Translations under genes and position numbers: made by a program
Shown here: positions 31,801-40,008 of the stretch, in pieces
Position numbering within the stretch: the stretch's first letter is position 1
Layout of the letters: every line of letters starts with the position of its first letter
NCBI GenBank assembly: GCA_001774685.1
Contig: MFAS01000001.1
Span: forward strand, 1,025,252-1,089,251
Reading direction: 5' to 3'
DNA: 64,000 nucleotides
Source: Candidatus Collierbacteria bacterium RIFOXYD2_FULL_45_13
GTDB taxonomy: Bacteria; Patescibacteriota; Microgenomatia; UBA1400; MFAQ01
Notes under the pieces: model-generated
Told to the model about the DNA's origin: nothing
The model's database searches: none
The model's input: only the letters and a program-made list of their open reading frames with translations

Positions 31801-33341
31801 TCGTTTCTGAATACAAAAACAGGAACTGTACTACTGGCAATACTATTAACTAAGTAGGCGTAGTTACTTGAGCTTCCGCCACCCATAGACAGTGTACCAC
31901 CGGCTACAGAAATATTACTATTGATTAGGCCATCGCCATTGATGGTTAGTTTTCCATTTACTGTGAGTGCTTGATTCCATTGGCTGTCACCAATAATTGC
32001 TTCTCCGTTGACTGTTAGCATTTTACTCGGTTCAGTTGTTCCAATCCCCACTCTTCCGGTTGACGTATCCACATACAGATCATCAGTATTGACGGCGAAG
32101 TCGCCGGTGGTGGAGAGGGCCACATTTAAGTTTTGTCCTGCAAGGGGGGTAATGGTTAAGGCACCGGAGGAGGAAAGACCGGTACCCATGTAAAAATTAC
32201 CAGAAGTGTCTATGTAACTTACTCTTGTTCCACTGTGTCCGTAAATATTGAGGGGGTAGTCAGTTGCCGGAGCGCTGGTAGCATCAGAGTAACCAAGAAT
32301 AATATCTCCATCTTCGTCGATCAGGGCTTTTTGGTAACCGGCAATGGCCAGGCCCAGGAGTTGGCCGTTGGCAGCACTGGTCGTGGGGTTAATAATGACT
32401 GAGCCTTGAGAGATAGTGGTATCGGTGGGGGCGTAGGAGAAGGTAGTTTGTCCGGAAAAGGCTTGGGAAGAGTTGGAATTAATGTTAGCCACCCAGAGGT
32501 TGTTGAAGCGTTTGGTGGTCGACCCCAGATCACTACCCAAATCCGTATCCGGTAGGAAGGATTCCCCGTTGGTAATGGTGGCGTTGCCAAAGGTCAAGGT
32601 GTCCACAACTACACTGTCCGTAGTGGTTGTTAAGCCCACACTTGTACCATTGTCTGTCCAACCGGAGAGTGCATAATTTGGTTCTACTGCCGTAAAGGTA
32701 ATCTTGTCATTGGTGGCATCGGTGGTAATGGTTACACCACTACCAGCAAAGGTTAAGGTGTCACCATTTGTGTCTGTAACCACATCACTTTGTCCGCTGA
32801 CACTGATGGTTTTGAAAATACTTTGGGAAGAGCCTGTGTCTGAGTTGGTGACTTCGTTACCACTGACACTAATACCACCACCAGCCGAGAGGGACCGTAT
32901 GCCGGAGTTGCTGATCTTCAGTCCGTCAATGGAAATGCCGTCACCGGCAGATAGAGTCAAGTCTCCCGTCTTCGTCTGCAGTGAAGTAACACCCGTATTG
33001 GTCAGTGTTGGTGTCTGCCCCAAAGAAATACTGATTCCCTTACCGGCAGTTAGAGAATAGATGATATTGGGAGCAGAAATATCTTGTAGGAATGTGGCCA
33101 GCCCCGAGAAGGTAGTCGTGTCGGCAAACTGTGCCGGGACATTGATGGAAAAGATATAGTTAGCAGGAGATTCTTCAGCCGTTGTGTCAGCCAAGACACT
33201 CCCTGGAGTAGTACTCTCACCCAATACTTGAGTAGACCTTTCAGCCATCACTAGTCGTATTTCCTTGAAGCAGATTACCAATCCAACCAGTACCAGCGGT
33301 ATAGACAGGAGATATTGTAGTTTACCAAACTTGGTAGTCAT
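28836..33341 (-). CDS. Giant (1501 aa) tail-fibre-like surface protein with C-terminal Peptidase_S74 (intramolecular chaperone) domain, three ~40-aa repeats and Thr/Pro-rich tail
   Basis: N-terminal signal/anchor helix. G/T/S/N-rich beta-structure-like sequence. Triplicated repeat VGIGTTAPTxKLHVxGAVTGKALAIFDxTGxQNIL. C-terminal ...DKVLGLRPVSYNWKSTGDGALGFIAQEVRDVFPELV matches the S74 chaperone domain of phage tail fibres/endosialidases, followed by a coiled coil and PT-rich end. Confidence 0.8.
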   Translation of the reverse strand: MTTKFGKLQYLLSIPLVLVGLVICFKEIRLVMAERSTQVLGESTTPGSVLADTTAEESPANYIFSINVPAQFADTTTFSGLATFLQDISAPNIIYSLTAGKGISISLGQTPTLTNTGVTSLQTKTGDLTLSAGDGISIDGLKISNSGIRSLSAGGGISVSGNEVTNSDTGSSQSIFKTISVSGQSDVVTDTNGDTLTFAGSGVTITTDATNDKITFTAVEPNYALSGWTDNGTSVGLTTTTDSVVVDTLTFGNATITNGESFLPDTDLGSDLGSTTKRFNNLWVANINSNSSQAFSGQTTFSYAPTDTTISQGSVIINPTTSAANGQLLGLAIAGYQKALIDEDGDIILGYSDATSAPATDYPLNIYGHSGTRVSYIDTSGNFYMGTGLSSSGALTITPLAGQNLNVALSTTGDFAVNTDDLYVDTSTGRVGIGTTEPSKMLTVNGEAIIGDSQWNQALTVNGKLTINGDGLINSNISVAGGTLSMGGGSSSNYAYLVNSIASSTVPVFVFRNDLNTGLGSAGSDIASLIAGGTNILNVTTTGVGIGTTAPTSKLHVSGAVTGKALAIFDETGNQNILVASASGSTKLTLDRSGNLTAYGTVQAGTASNYIYMSTGGIGTQGNTNPWSINYTNGSSNGASITLGSTAYGLDFYGGGYNSGGDVSVWTWTGNPTDSTHAERLTIKASTGNVGIGTTAPTGKLHVSGAVTGKALAIFDETGNQNILVASASGTPKLVIDRTGKMTIGGTDTTYNTLNLAAAATPRIGFSVPGGNDAQGYFNYIQRSTDGQTMRYNAGFNAGAGYGHIFSIDNGSEMMRIEANSRVGIKDSSPDGTLEVVKFSTDPLLMISSAAANDGDYLYIGNTGLVGIGTTAPGAPLEVVGTQVNIYNNSTNHGRLYIGNSNATAADNLGGYLYIGKFNAVPGSDNPLGAVYFYAKTTDSVTHVAGFQSTVVTGSTTRSLMTGNFDIMTKPSGVDDPVTRIRIDQNGLIGIGTTSPTQLLSLDGTAARTIWMERNTTAATAGQGLTLSSGGAISGTADLAGGDLTLKSGISTGTGTSALHLYTATAGSTGTSDNTPTEKMTILGSGNVGIGTTNPGYKLEVVGTSHFSGALTLNNTLYLNDSFTSSNYISNNTQVTTYASGYNKSSTYGHRFLIDGSEYFRIGTNEYPDDQTRARIILSNDSDTYWINPAANTFAWVTGGTERLRIDSSGNVGIGTTAPTSKLHVTGAVTGKALAIFDQTGDQNILTASSSGVTKFTIGNDGTVTTTLGTGTVYSNSGVLTNTDPSDINLKKDVLSLGDDTLDKVLGLRPVSYNWKSTGDGALGFIAQEVRDVFPELVGSNNDGTLGLYTTQLIPVLAKAIQEQQLLIDEIALSSRSAAISESQWNSLSDLANSLSVAIENLKDRIMAIETRLTEMADKLFAKEATFTTLCVGDVNNKTCLTKEQVDRVIQSLPATPSATLTAPQLDGQTTPTSEVSPTPTSTPTPIPETTPVASESAQTL
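29600..29720. repeat. Intragenic ~100-nt DNA repeat of the tail-fibre gene (copy 1; ~80% identical to copies at 31170-31290 and 31605-31720)
   Basis: ...ATATTCTG.T.CCC.GTCTCATCAAAAAT.GCCA..GCCTTGCCGGT.AC.GC.CC.G.GACGTGGAGTTT... recurs three times and encodes the ALAIFDxTGxQNIL repeats. Confidence 0.7.
31170..31290. repeat. Intragenic DNA repeat of the tail-fibre gene, copy 2 (~90% identical to copy 3)
   Basis: See 29600-29720. Confidence 0.7.
31605..31720. repeat. Intragenic DNA repeat of the tail-fibre gene, copy 3
   Basis: See 29600-29720. Confidence 0.7.
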
Positions 33342-33465
33342 GACTTAGTCAAAGCTTTTCAGGCATATGGCACAACACGCCACAACCGATGGCTGAACAT
33401 AAGTTTCAGTATATAGATTATCGGGGGAAATGGGTATATGTCAGAATAGGTCAGATACCACTTCT

Positions 33466-34197
33466 TTACTGCGCTGGCGTGGGAGATATTTCTAAGGTAG
33501 GAATGATTTCCACTGTAGGAGTTGGACTTACCTGTGTAAGTTTGAGATTTGCCCCCACAATCACCAACAAATCTACTTGTTGAGTTCCGGTCATTGGAAC
33601 CACTTCCCCTTCTGGAAGCACGGAAACTACTCCACCTATTAAATCAGCCATCTGTTTAGCCAGTTCCGGTTTCTTTCCGGATATATCGACCACCACACTC
33701 TTTGCATAATCATTCTTTTTCGCCGATTCTTCACCTAATACATTTATATTTGTCACCTGAGCCTTAATCGAAGCCGAAAAGGTTTTTGCCAGGCCAACCG
33801 TCGCTGTTCCATTCAGGACTACTATATTTATCGGTGCCTGAGATTCACCCAAATTTATCGGAGCAATATCTACGATTCTCCCGGTTGACGGACGAAACAA
33901 AATAGCCTTCCCTGATTTTGTGTAGATAATCACCTTGTCCCCATTTTCCGCTCTGGCAAAAAAGGGTTGGTCTTTCAGCTTCTCTTTGTCGAGAACTGTA
34001 GCGACCGAAGGTTCTTCGTCGGGCAAATCCATAAATTTGGATAGTGCTTTAGTCACCGTCTTGATTTCCTCTTTTGATGCTGCTGTCGGATCTTTCAATA
34101 GTTTCTGAGCTCTTCTATTTTGGTTAAAGAAATAAGCCGTGCTAGACAGAGATACCAAGGATACCAAAATTAAAAGAAACACAAGTATTTTTTTCAT
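33466..34197 (-). CDS. Membrane-anchored LytR_C (LytR/CpsA/Psr C-terminal) domain protein
   Basis: N-terminal TM. The C-terminal segment INIVVLNGTATVGLAKTF...NINVLGEESAKKNDYAKSVVVDISG...DLLVIVGANL fits the LytR_C pattern. Pro/Thr-rich tail. Confidence 0.6.
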   Translation of the reverse strand: MKKILVFLLILVSLVSLSSTAYFFNQNRRAQKLLKDPTAASKEEIKTVTKALSKFMDLPDEEPSVATVLDKEKLKDQPFFARAENGDKVIIYTKSGKAILFRPSTGRIVDIAPINLGESQAPINIVVLNGTATVGLAKTFSASIKAQVTNINVLGEESAKKNDYAKSVVVDISGKKPELAKQMADLIGGVVSVLPEGEVVPMTGTQQVDLLVIVGANLKLTQVSPTPTVEIIPTLEISPTPAQ

Positions 34198-34247
34198 AGT
34201 GTGGTCTTATTCTAATACTTTTTTCTCCTATTACAAGCGCTTGCCAC

Positions 34248-36506
34248 CTAAACAGCAACCATCTCTTTTTCCGCTCGCTTCAGGAGTACCGCATTTGTCG
34301 CCACAATGATCGAAGACACACTCATTAGTAGCGCCGAGACTTCAGGTCGGAGCGAAATACCATAAGCCGGATACAAAACACCGGCAGCCACCGGAATCGC
34401 CAGCAGATTGTAGATCGAAGCCCAAAAAAGATTTTGTTTCATTTTTCGTACCGTCGCCTTAGAAAGTTTTATTGCCCGAAGAATATCTGCCGGATCAGAC
34501 TTCATCAGCACCACCCTGGCCGTTTCAATCGCCACGTCCGTCCCTGCTCCAATGGCGATACCAACATCCGACTGAGCCAAGGCCGGGGCATCATTCACCC
34601 CATCCCCCACCATGGCAACAAACTTGCCTTCATCTTGTAATTTTTTAACATAAGAAGCTTTCTCTCCGGGCAGTACCTCAGCAAAAATTCTCTCGATTCC
34701 TAGTTGCTTCCCAATCGCTTCCGCAGTTTTTTGATTGTCTCCGGTGATCATGGCCACTTCCAGTCCCATTTCTTTCATTCGAGTTACTGCCAGCTTGGCA
34801 TTTTCTTTTACCGGGTCAGACGCCGCCGCTACCCCCGCCAGCTTTTTATTCACCGCAAGTATCATTATCGTTTTTCCTTCAGACAAGAGCCTATCTATCT
34901 CACTCTTCAGGGTCGTTGTATCAACTTTATAATCTTTCATCAGTTTTTCGGTACCTACCAAGACATGCTTACCTGCCACCACCGCCTCCACTCCATGCCC
35001 CGCCAAGTTCTTAAATTTTTCCACCTTTGTCGAAATAGTTATTTTTCTTCTCTTCGCCTCTTCCAATATCGCCAAGCTCAACGGGTGAGATGACTTTGCT
35101 TCCACCGCTCCATCGAGACCAATAATTTCATTTTCAGTAAAGCCACTTGCCGCAATCACATCCGTAATTCTCGGCTTTCCTTCCGTTAGTGTTCCGGTCT
35201 TGTCTAGCACTACTGCTTGAATTTTTGAAACCTGTTCCAGGGTAGGCGCATCTTTGATCAAGATATTATGTTTTGCTCCCAACCCTGTCCCTACCGCTAC
35301 CGCTGTCGGTGTTGCCAGTCCGAGCGCATCCGGGCAAGCTATAACTATCGCCGAGATAGCAAAAGTCAGAGCCAGCATCAGTGGTTGACCAAGTACAAAG
35401 TACCAAACCAAGAATGTAATCAGACCTCCGCCTACCGCCACGATGACCAGATACTGAGCAAATCTATCTGCAATTTTTTGTCCTGGCGCTTTCGAGTTCT
35501 GAGCTGTCTCCACCATCTTGACGATCTGAGCGAGTGCAGTGTCTTCTCCTATTTTTGTCGCTTTGAATCGTACCGAGCCCGAAGTATTTATCGAACCGCC
35601 AATCACCTTATCACTCACATTTTTTACGACTGGTAGTGACTCCCCTGTTACGAGTGATTCGTCGATCGCTGTTTCTCCTTCGGTAATTTCTCCATCCACC
35701 GGCACTTTGTCCCCGGGTTTCAGAATCAGAATGTCGCCAAGTCTTACTTCAGATGTTGCTATCAGAGATTCTTTTCCGTTCTTCCACAGTCTGGCTTGAG
35801 GTGGCACCAGATCAAAAAGTGCTTGGAGGGCATCAGTCGTCCCTCTTCGGCTTTTCATCTCCATCCAGTGGCCAAACAAAACAAAGGTGGTGAGCATGGC
35901 TGCCGCTTCATAAAAAGACTCCTCACTCCCCAGCAGTGTGAGCACCACACTAAAAGCATAAGCCGCTGTTATACCTACAGCGATGAGCACCGCCATGTTT
36001 AATGCCTTGGCTTGTAATGCCTTGTAAGTAGAGTACAGAAAAATCCAGCCGGAATAAAAATAAACCGGTGTAGTTAAGAAGAACATTATCCAGCTCGCAG
36101 AAATCGGCATCGGCAGCTTCAATCCAAATATATTTGTTCCGAGAGGAGAATAAGCCACTATCGGTATGGTCAAAAGAAGGGACACAAAAAATTTATTTCG
36201 AATATCTTCTTCCATCATCTTCGCCATTTCCCGGCCGGCCAATCCGGTGTGTTCCATTCCCATCGCCATGGTCATACTCATTTTAAATTTTTCCCAAAAT
36301 GACATTTTTACACCGGGCTTCATCTCATGCTCCATCACCTGGTCACCATGACCCTTTTTATTGTGGTCCATTTTCATCTCCCCACCTGCAGGGCCTGGCC
36401 CTGCAGGCTTGTCATGTTTCATCACAAGCTCCATTCCGCACTTGGGGCACTTCCCTGGTTTGTCTAAGATAACCTCTGTGTGCATCGGACAGGTGTAGTT
36501 CATCAT
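34248..36506 (-). CDS. copA: Heavy-metal (Cu-type) P1B-ATPase with N-terminal CPxH/CxxC metal-binding (HMBD-like) domain, Met/His-rich stretch and atypical CPD transmembrane motif
   Basis: N-terminus YTCPMHTEV...KCPKCGMEL; MxM/His-rich segment; TGES (LVTGESLPV), DKTGTLT, GDGVNDAPAL. Ion-pathway motif IACPDALGLATP (CPD, verified on the DNA). The REP palindrome is inserted in frame at 36385-36407 and encodes PAGPGPAG. Confidence 0.85.
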   Translation of the reverse strand: MMNYTCPMHTEVILDKPGKCPKCGMELVMKHDKPAGPGPAGGEMKMDHNKKGHGDQVMEHEMKPGVKMSFWEKFKMSMTMAMGMEHTGLAGREMAKMMEEDIRNKFFVSLLLTIPIVAYSPLGTNIFGLKLPMPISASWIMFFLTTPVYFYSGWIFLYSTYKALQAKALNMAVLIAVGITAAYAFSVVLTLLGSEESFYEAAAMLTTFVLFGHWMEMKSRRGTTDALQALFDLVPPQARLWKNGKESLIATSEVRLGDILILKPGDKVPVDGEITEGETAIDESLVTGESLPVVKNVSDKVIGGSINTSGSVRFKATKIGEDTALAQIVKMVETAQNSKAPGQKIADRFAQYLVIVAVGGGLITFLVWYFVLGQPLMLALTFAISAIVIACPDALGLATPTAVAVGTGLGAKHNILIKDAPTLEQVSKIQAVVLDKTGTLTEGKPRITDVIAASGFTENEIIGLDGAVEAKSSHPLSLAILEEAKRRKITISTKVEKFKNLAGHGVEAVVAGKHVLVGTEKLMKDYKVDTTTLKSEIDRLLSEGKTIMILAVNKKLAGVAAASDPVKENAKLAVTRMKEMGLEVAMITGDNQKTAEAIGKQLGIERIFAEVLPGEKASYVKKLQDEGKFVAMVGDGVNDAPALAQSDVGIAIGAGTDVAIETARVVLMKSDPADILRAIKLSKATVRKMKQNLFWASIYNLLAIPVAAGVLYPAYGISLRPEVSALLMSVSSIIVATNAVLLKRAEKEMVAV
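36385..36407. repeat. REP-like 23-bp palindrome CCTGCAGGGCCTGGCCCTGCAGG, in frame inside copA (encodes PAGPGPAG)
   Basis: Exact copy of the palindrome found four times around the RAYT gene. Confidence 0.9.
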
Positions 36507-36580
36507 TTCATTTTATCCTTTTTCAAATATTTTGGTCTCTTCCCAATTTACTCCAAATCAACTACAATTTGTAGTAGCTT

Positions 36581-36889
36581 ATGAAAAAAGCTATTGGCAC
36601 TATCTTTCCATTTCTAATAATTCATCTCATTTGCTGCGGCAGTATTCTTCTGTTTCTTATCAGTTCCGGCTATTTATTACTACTTTCCAACGAAAGTCAA
36701 AACAAATGGTTTCTCCTCCCCAGCCTTCTCGCTCTTTTCCTTGCGTGGCGGGAACTAAACAAAATTGAACAAAAACCTTGGAAGATACTACTAACCGTTA
36801 TTATTTATCTGATCATCAGTTACATTTTTATTACTTATTTATTCATCCCTTGGTGGATACCGGGCTATGAAGGTGGACCATTACTCTAA
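36581..36889 (+). CDS. MerT-like heavy-metal transport membrane protein
   Basis: First TM carries a vicinal Cys pair (HLICCGSILLFLISSG), and ...SLLALFLAWRELNK resembles MerT (...ACCLGPL... / ...ALFFAWRRIYR). 102 aa, 3 TM. Confidence 0.55.
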   Translation: MKKAIGTIFPFLIIHLICCGSILLFLISSGYLLLLSNESQNKWFLLPSLLALFLAWRELNKIEQKPWKILLTVIIYLIISYIFITYLFIPWWIPGYEGGPLL

Positions 36890-37637
36890 CTTGAAAAATA
36901 CCAATCGGACACGCTTTTGGCAAATAGATGCTGTCCGTGGCTTAGCCGTCGTGGGTATGGTCATTTATCACCTACTTTTTGATCTCGAATATCTTTTTCA
37001 GCTTCCTCTAAATGTTAGTCATCTGCCTCTCATTGCATTAGCCAGATCAGTAGCGGTGACCTTTATTCTACTTATCGGCTTTTCTGTCGCCCTCAAATTT
37101 GAAACAATCAAGCGGTACGGACCAAAGCAGGTCATTCTCGCGTTTGTAAAAAAAGCAGTCACGATTTCTCTTTACGCTCTGCTCATAACCTTAGTCACCT
37201 ATCTAATTTTTCCACAGGGAACCATCATCTTCGGCATTCTCCATTTTATATCCCTATCGTTAGTGCTCCTGATACCTTTCCTATATCTACGCTCAAACGG
37301 GTTGGTGGCTCTATTAGCCACCGTTACTTTTGTTCTTGGTCTGGCAGTTCCTAATGTCACAGCTTCTCACAGCTGGCTCCTCATTCTCGGAATGACATCT
37401 TCCACTTTTTCCAGTCTCGACTACTTTCCCCTTCTCCCATGGTTCGCAGTCGTACTTTTTGGATTAGTTCTGGGCCGGAAATACTCACCTGCCCTCCAAA
37501 AACCAAGTCCTTCAAAAACTCCCCCATTATTTTTGTATAGAATAGTTTCTAAGCTCGGCAAACACTCTCTACCTATATATCTATGGCATCAGCCGGTGCT
37601 TTGGACTATATTATTTGTTATCAAATACTTCTTATGA
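36867..37637 (+). CDS. DUF1624-family (HGSNAT-like acyltransferase fold) polytopic membrane protein
   Basis: N-terminal RFWQIDAVRGLAVVGMVIYHLLFD matches the DUF1624 signature. ~8 TM helices. Confidence 0.55.
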   Translation: MKVDHYSNLKNTNRTRFWQIDAVRGLAVVGMVIYHLLFDLEYLFQLPLNVSHLPLIALARSVAVTFILLIGFSVALKFETIKRYGPKQVILAFVKKAVTISLYALLITLVTYLIFPQGTIIFGILHFISLSLVLLIPFLYLRSNGLVALLATVTFVLGLAVPNVTASHSWLLILGMTSSTFSSLDYFPLLPWFAVVLFGLVLGRKYSPALQKPSPSKTPPLFLYRIVSKLGKHSLPIYLWHQPVLWTILFVIKYFL

Positions 37638-37672
37638 ACCCACCTTCCCACCATTACGAAGAAACCATTTAA

Positions 37673-38056
37673 TTATTTACTTTCGTCAATAATCCCTCTA
37701 ATTACTGCATCAACCTCATCAGGCAGATTGCCCAGATCGGCCTCAGGAAAAAATTGAGGCAAAATGATCGGTCTCATCCCTGAAATATACGTCGCTCCAT
37801 CCTTCCGGTAGACATTTATCTTACATGGCAGACAAAGACCCATTTTAATGTCCGCTTGTAGTACCGCGTAAGCACTTTTGGCATTACAGATCTCAATAAT
37901 CTTCAAAGGCTCAATTTCCAAGCCTTTTTCTTTCAAGGTTTCAGCTACATCGTGAATATAAAGCACCCTAAAACCAGCCTTCAGTGTCTCCCGCTCAACC
38001 GCACCGACCGCTTCGTCAAATGATTTTTTTGTAGTAACAGTGTAATCAAAATTCAT
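37673..38056 (-). CDS. DUF302 domain protein
   Basis: 127 aa. The pattern ...ICNAKSAYAVLQADIKMGLCLPCKINVYRKDGATYI fits DUF302. Confidence 0.6.
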   Translation of the reverse strand: MNFDYTVTTKKSFDEAVGAVERETLKAGFRVLYIHDVAETLKEKGLEIEPLKIIEICNAKSAYAVLQADIKMGLCLPCKINVYRKDGATYISGMRPIILPQFFPEADLGNLPDEVDAVIRGIIDESK

Positions 38057-38121
38057 AAAAATTATTAACTAATAACAACCATAACTTTATCACCTTCAGT
38101 CTTTTGTCACAGGCCTGCAGT

Positions 38122-38520
38122 CTATGGAACATTTACCACAAAGTCCTTGTTTTTAGTGCTTCCCTCCGGCATGCTTGCTGTGATACGGACACGCCAAGGT
38201 CCTTGCATCGAAAGATTTCCGGTGACTATGTATCGCCCTTTGCCCTGAGAGGTCGCGGTTGCTCGCTGGGTACCCATATTCATCGTGGTCATATTTAGAT
38301 CAAATGACACTGTGGCATTGTCAACAGGCTTACCGTCCGCACCCCTAACATTAATGATAAAAGTTGCTTGTCCAGGTTGTAATGGATTTGGATCGGTAGT
38401 AAGAGAAATCACTTCGCTATTGGTAGTCGCACCCAAAACCGAAGATTTTACCTTCCAACTCATGACACCAATTAACCCTACTGCAATTACAAACATCGTT
38501 AACAATATTTTATTGCTCAT
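38122..38520 (-). CDS. YtkA/FixH-like secreted Ig-fold protein (possible Cu-binding)
   Basis: Signal/anchor helix, then a ~100-aa beta domain (...GKGRYIVTGNLSMQGPWRVRITAS) resembling YtkA-family copper-associated lipoproteins. Confidence 0.45.
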   Translation of the reverse strand: MSNKILLTMFVIAVGLIGVMSWKVKSSVLGATTNSEVISLTTDPNPLQPGQATFIINVRGADGKPVDNATVSFDLNMTTMNMGTQRATATSQGKGRYIVTGNLSMQGPWRVRITASMPEGSTKNKDFVVNVP

Positions 38521-38528
38521 CTTTATAT

Positions 38529-39014
38529 TTATTTTTTATAATTAACCACACACGATGAATTTCGACTTCTTATAAGCACAAAAAGAGAAACCGATAGGAG
38601 AAATATAGACAAGTAAGACAGTTCCGCTCCCCGATAAGGTAAATAAACGAGAGAACCACCGAGTCCTAGTAATGACAATATTGGCAGTCCGCAAGCCACA
38701 CACCCACTCCCCACAATTCCCAATAAAGAATTTCCACCCACCACTACTTGCAGCTTATCAAATTTATTAAGGACCACGATCTTCTCAAAAAGCAAACTAA
38801 GATTCGCACCAGTTAAGACCGCGATCAAAAACAAAATGACCAGTCCAGATAAAGTCATTGATGTCCACATACCCTGAATTAAAGCAAACAGGATCTGAAC
38901 TTTGTAACCAATTCCATAGCTACCTATCAAAGTATCTCTGGCCAAGCTACTATTCATCAGCAGGGTGACAAACAGTAGATAAAGACTGGAAATGGTAACA
39001 ATTGAGGCAAACAC
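38529..39014 (-). CDS. Polytopic membrane protein with intramembrane CxxC (GSGCVACG), putative thiol-disulfide oxidoreductase partner of DsbA (DsbB/VKOR-like role)
   Basis: 161 aa with 4-5 TM, a CVAC motif in a helix, and a position immediately downstream of the DsbA-like gene with a 3-nt gap. Confidence 0.4.
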   Translation of the reverse strand: MFASIVTISSLYLLFVTLLMNSSLARDTLIGSYGIGYKVQILFALIQGMWTSMTLSGLVILFLIAVLTGANLSLLFEKIVVLNKFDKLQVVVGGNSLLGIVGSGCVACGLPILSLLGLGGSLVYLPYRGAELSYLSIFLLSVSLFVLIRSRNSSCVVNYKK

Positions 39015-39016
39015 GT

Positions 39017-39805
39017 TTACTTCAGCAATTCATCAATGATGGCCTTGAAAACGCTATACGGTTGAGCACCGACGATTTTAATACCATCAATCTCGCCATT
39101 ACTTGTGGACTTACCGATAAAGAAGGTCGGCGTACCTGAGGCTCCTACCTTTGCGGCATCAGCTAAATCTTTGTCCACTTCGGTCTTAAACTCACCGGAA
39201 TCCAAACACTGCTGAAATTTACTCACGTTTAGGCCCAGTTCTTTTGCGATGACTGGTAGTTGGTCAAGAGCCAAACCTGTCCCATTGGAGGTTGTTTTAG
39301 TAAAGATCTGATCGTGATATTTGAAGTACGCCGTGTCTCCGCCTTGCTTCCTGGCACACTCAGCCGCCTCAGCTTCCTTGGGGGCGTTTTGATGGAAACC
39401 AAGAGGCAAATCACGAAACACCATCTTAACTTTTCCGGTATCGATGTAGTCTTTTTTAATTTGTGGATAAGTATCGGTAAAATATTTTTTACAGAACGGG
39501 CATTCGTAGTCCGAAAATTCAATCAAGGTCACCTTAGCCTTTTTGTCTCCCAATATCGGGTCGTCATCCACAGATACTTTTACCGGTGCGCCGCTATCTT
39601 CCGGAGCTTGTTGAGCTGGCGGCGTATTCCTACTACCAGCTCCCAATACTGGTTGACCAACACCATTTTTAAGATACTTAACCTCGGTCCAAAGCGAACC
39701 CAGAAAAAAGGCCGCCACGATTAGAAGAACCACCAATGCTGGAGCATAACTGTTATGTTTTTGGTTGGGACTCGAAATCACTTTTTTTATTTTTTCGACT
39801 GACAT
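39017..39805 (-). CDS. DsbA-family thioredoxin-like thiol:disulfide oxidoreductase (membrane-anchored)
   Basis: N-terminal TM and the CPFC active site (FSDYECPFCKKYF). DsbA fold pattern with a C-terminal ...GTPTFFIG (cis-Pro loop). Confidence 0.8.
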   Translation of the reverse strand: MSVEKIKKVISSPNQKHNSYAPALVVLLIVAAFFLGSLWTEVKYLKNGVGQPVLGAGSRNTPPAQQAPEDSGAPVKVSVDDDPILGDKKAKVTLIEFSDYECPFCKKYFTDTYPQIKKDYIDTGKVKMVFRDLPLGFHQNAPKEAEAAECARKQGGDTAYFKYHDQIFTKTTSNGTGLALDQLPVIAKELGLNVSKFQQCLDSGEFKTEVDKDLADAAKVGASGTPTFFIGKSTSNGEIDGIKIVGAQPYSVFKAIIDELLK

Positions 39806-39898
39806 ATATTTTGGATGTAACTAATAAACAATTACCCTACTACAAGTGTAGTAAGGAAATCAACAATTGTCAACAGAGGGTGTTGAATAACTTCGTCT

Positions 39899-39922
39899 TG
39901 TCATCCTCGCGAATGCGGGGAT
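39899..39922 (+). repeat. 24-nt direct repeat GTCATCCTCGCGAATGCGGGGATC (hairpin-forming), copy 1. A second hairpin, ATTCCCGATCAGGTCGGGAAT, sits at 39937-39957
   Basis: Identical 24-mer recurs at 41409-41432. Both are followed by similar AT-rich ATA.AAATAAG sequence. Confidence 0.8.
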
Positions 39923-40008
39923 CTATATAAATAAGTTCCAGATGGATTCCCGATCAGGTCGGGAATGACAAATAAATGCATTATTCAACGGTCTCGTCAA
40001 CACCAATT

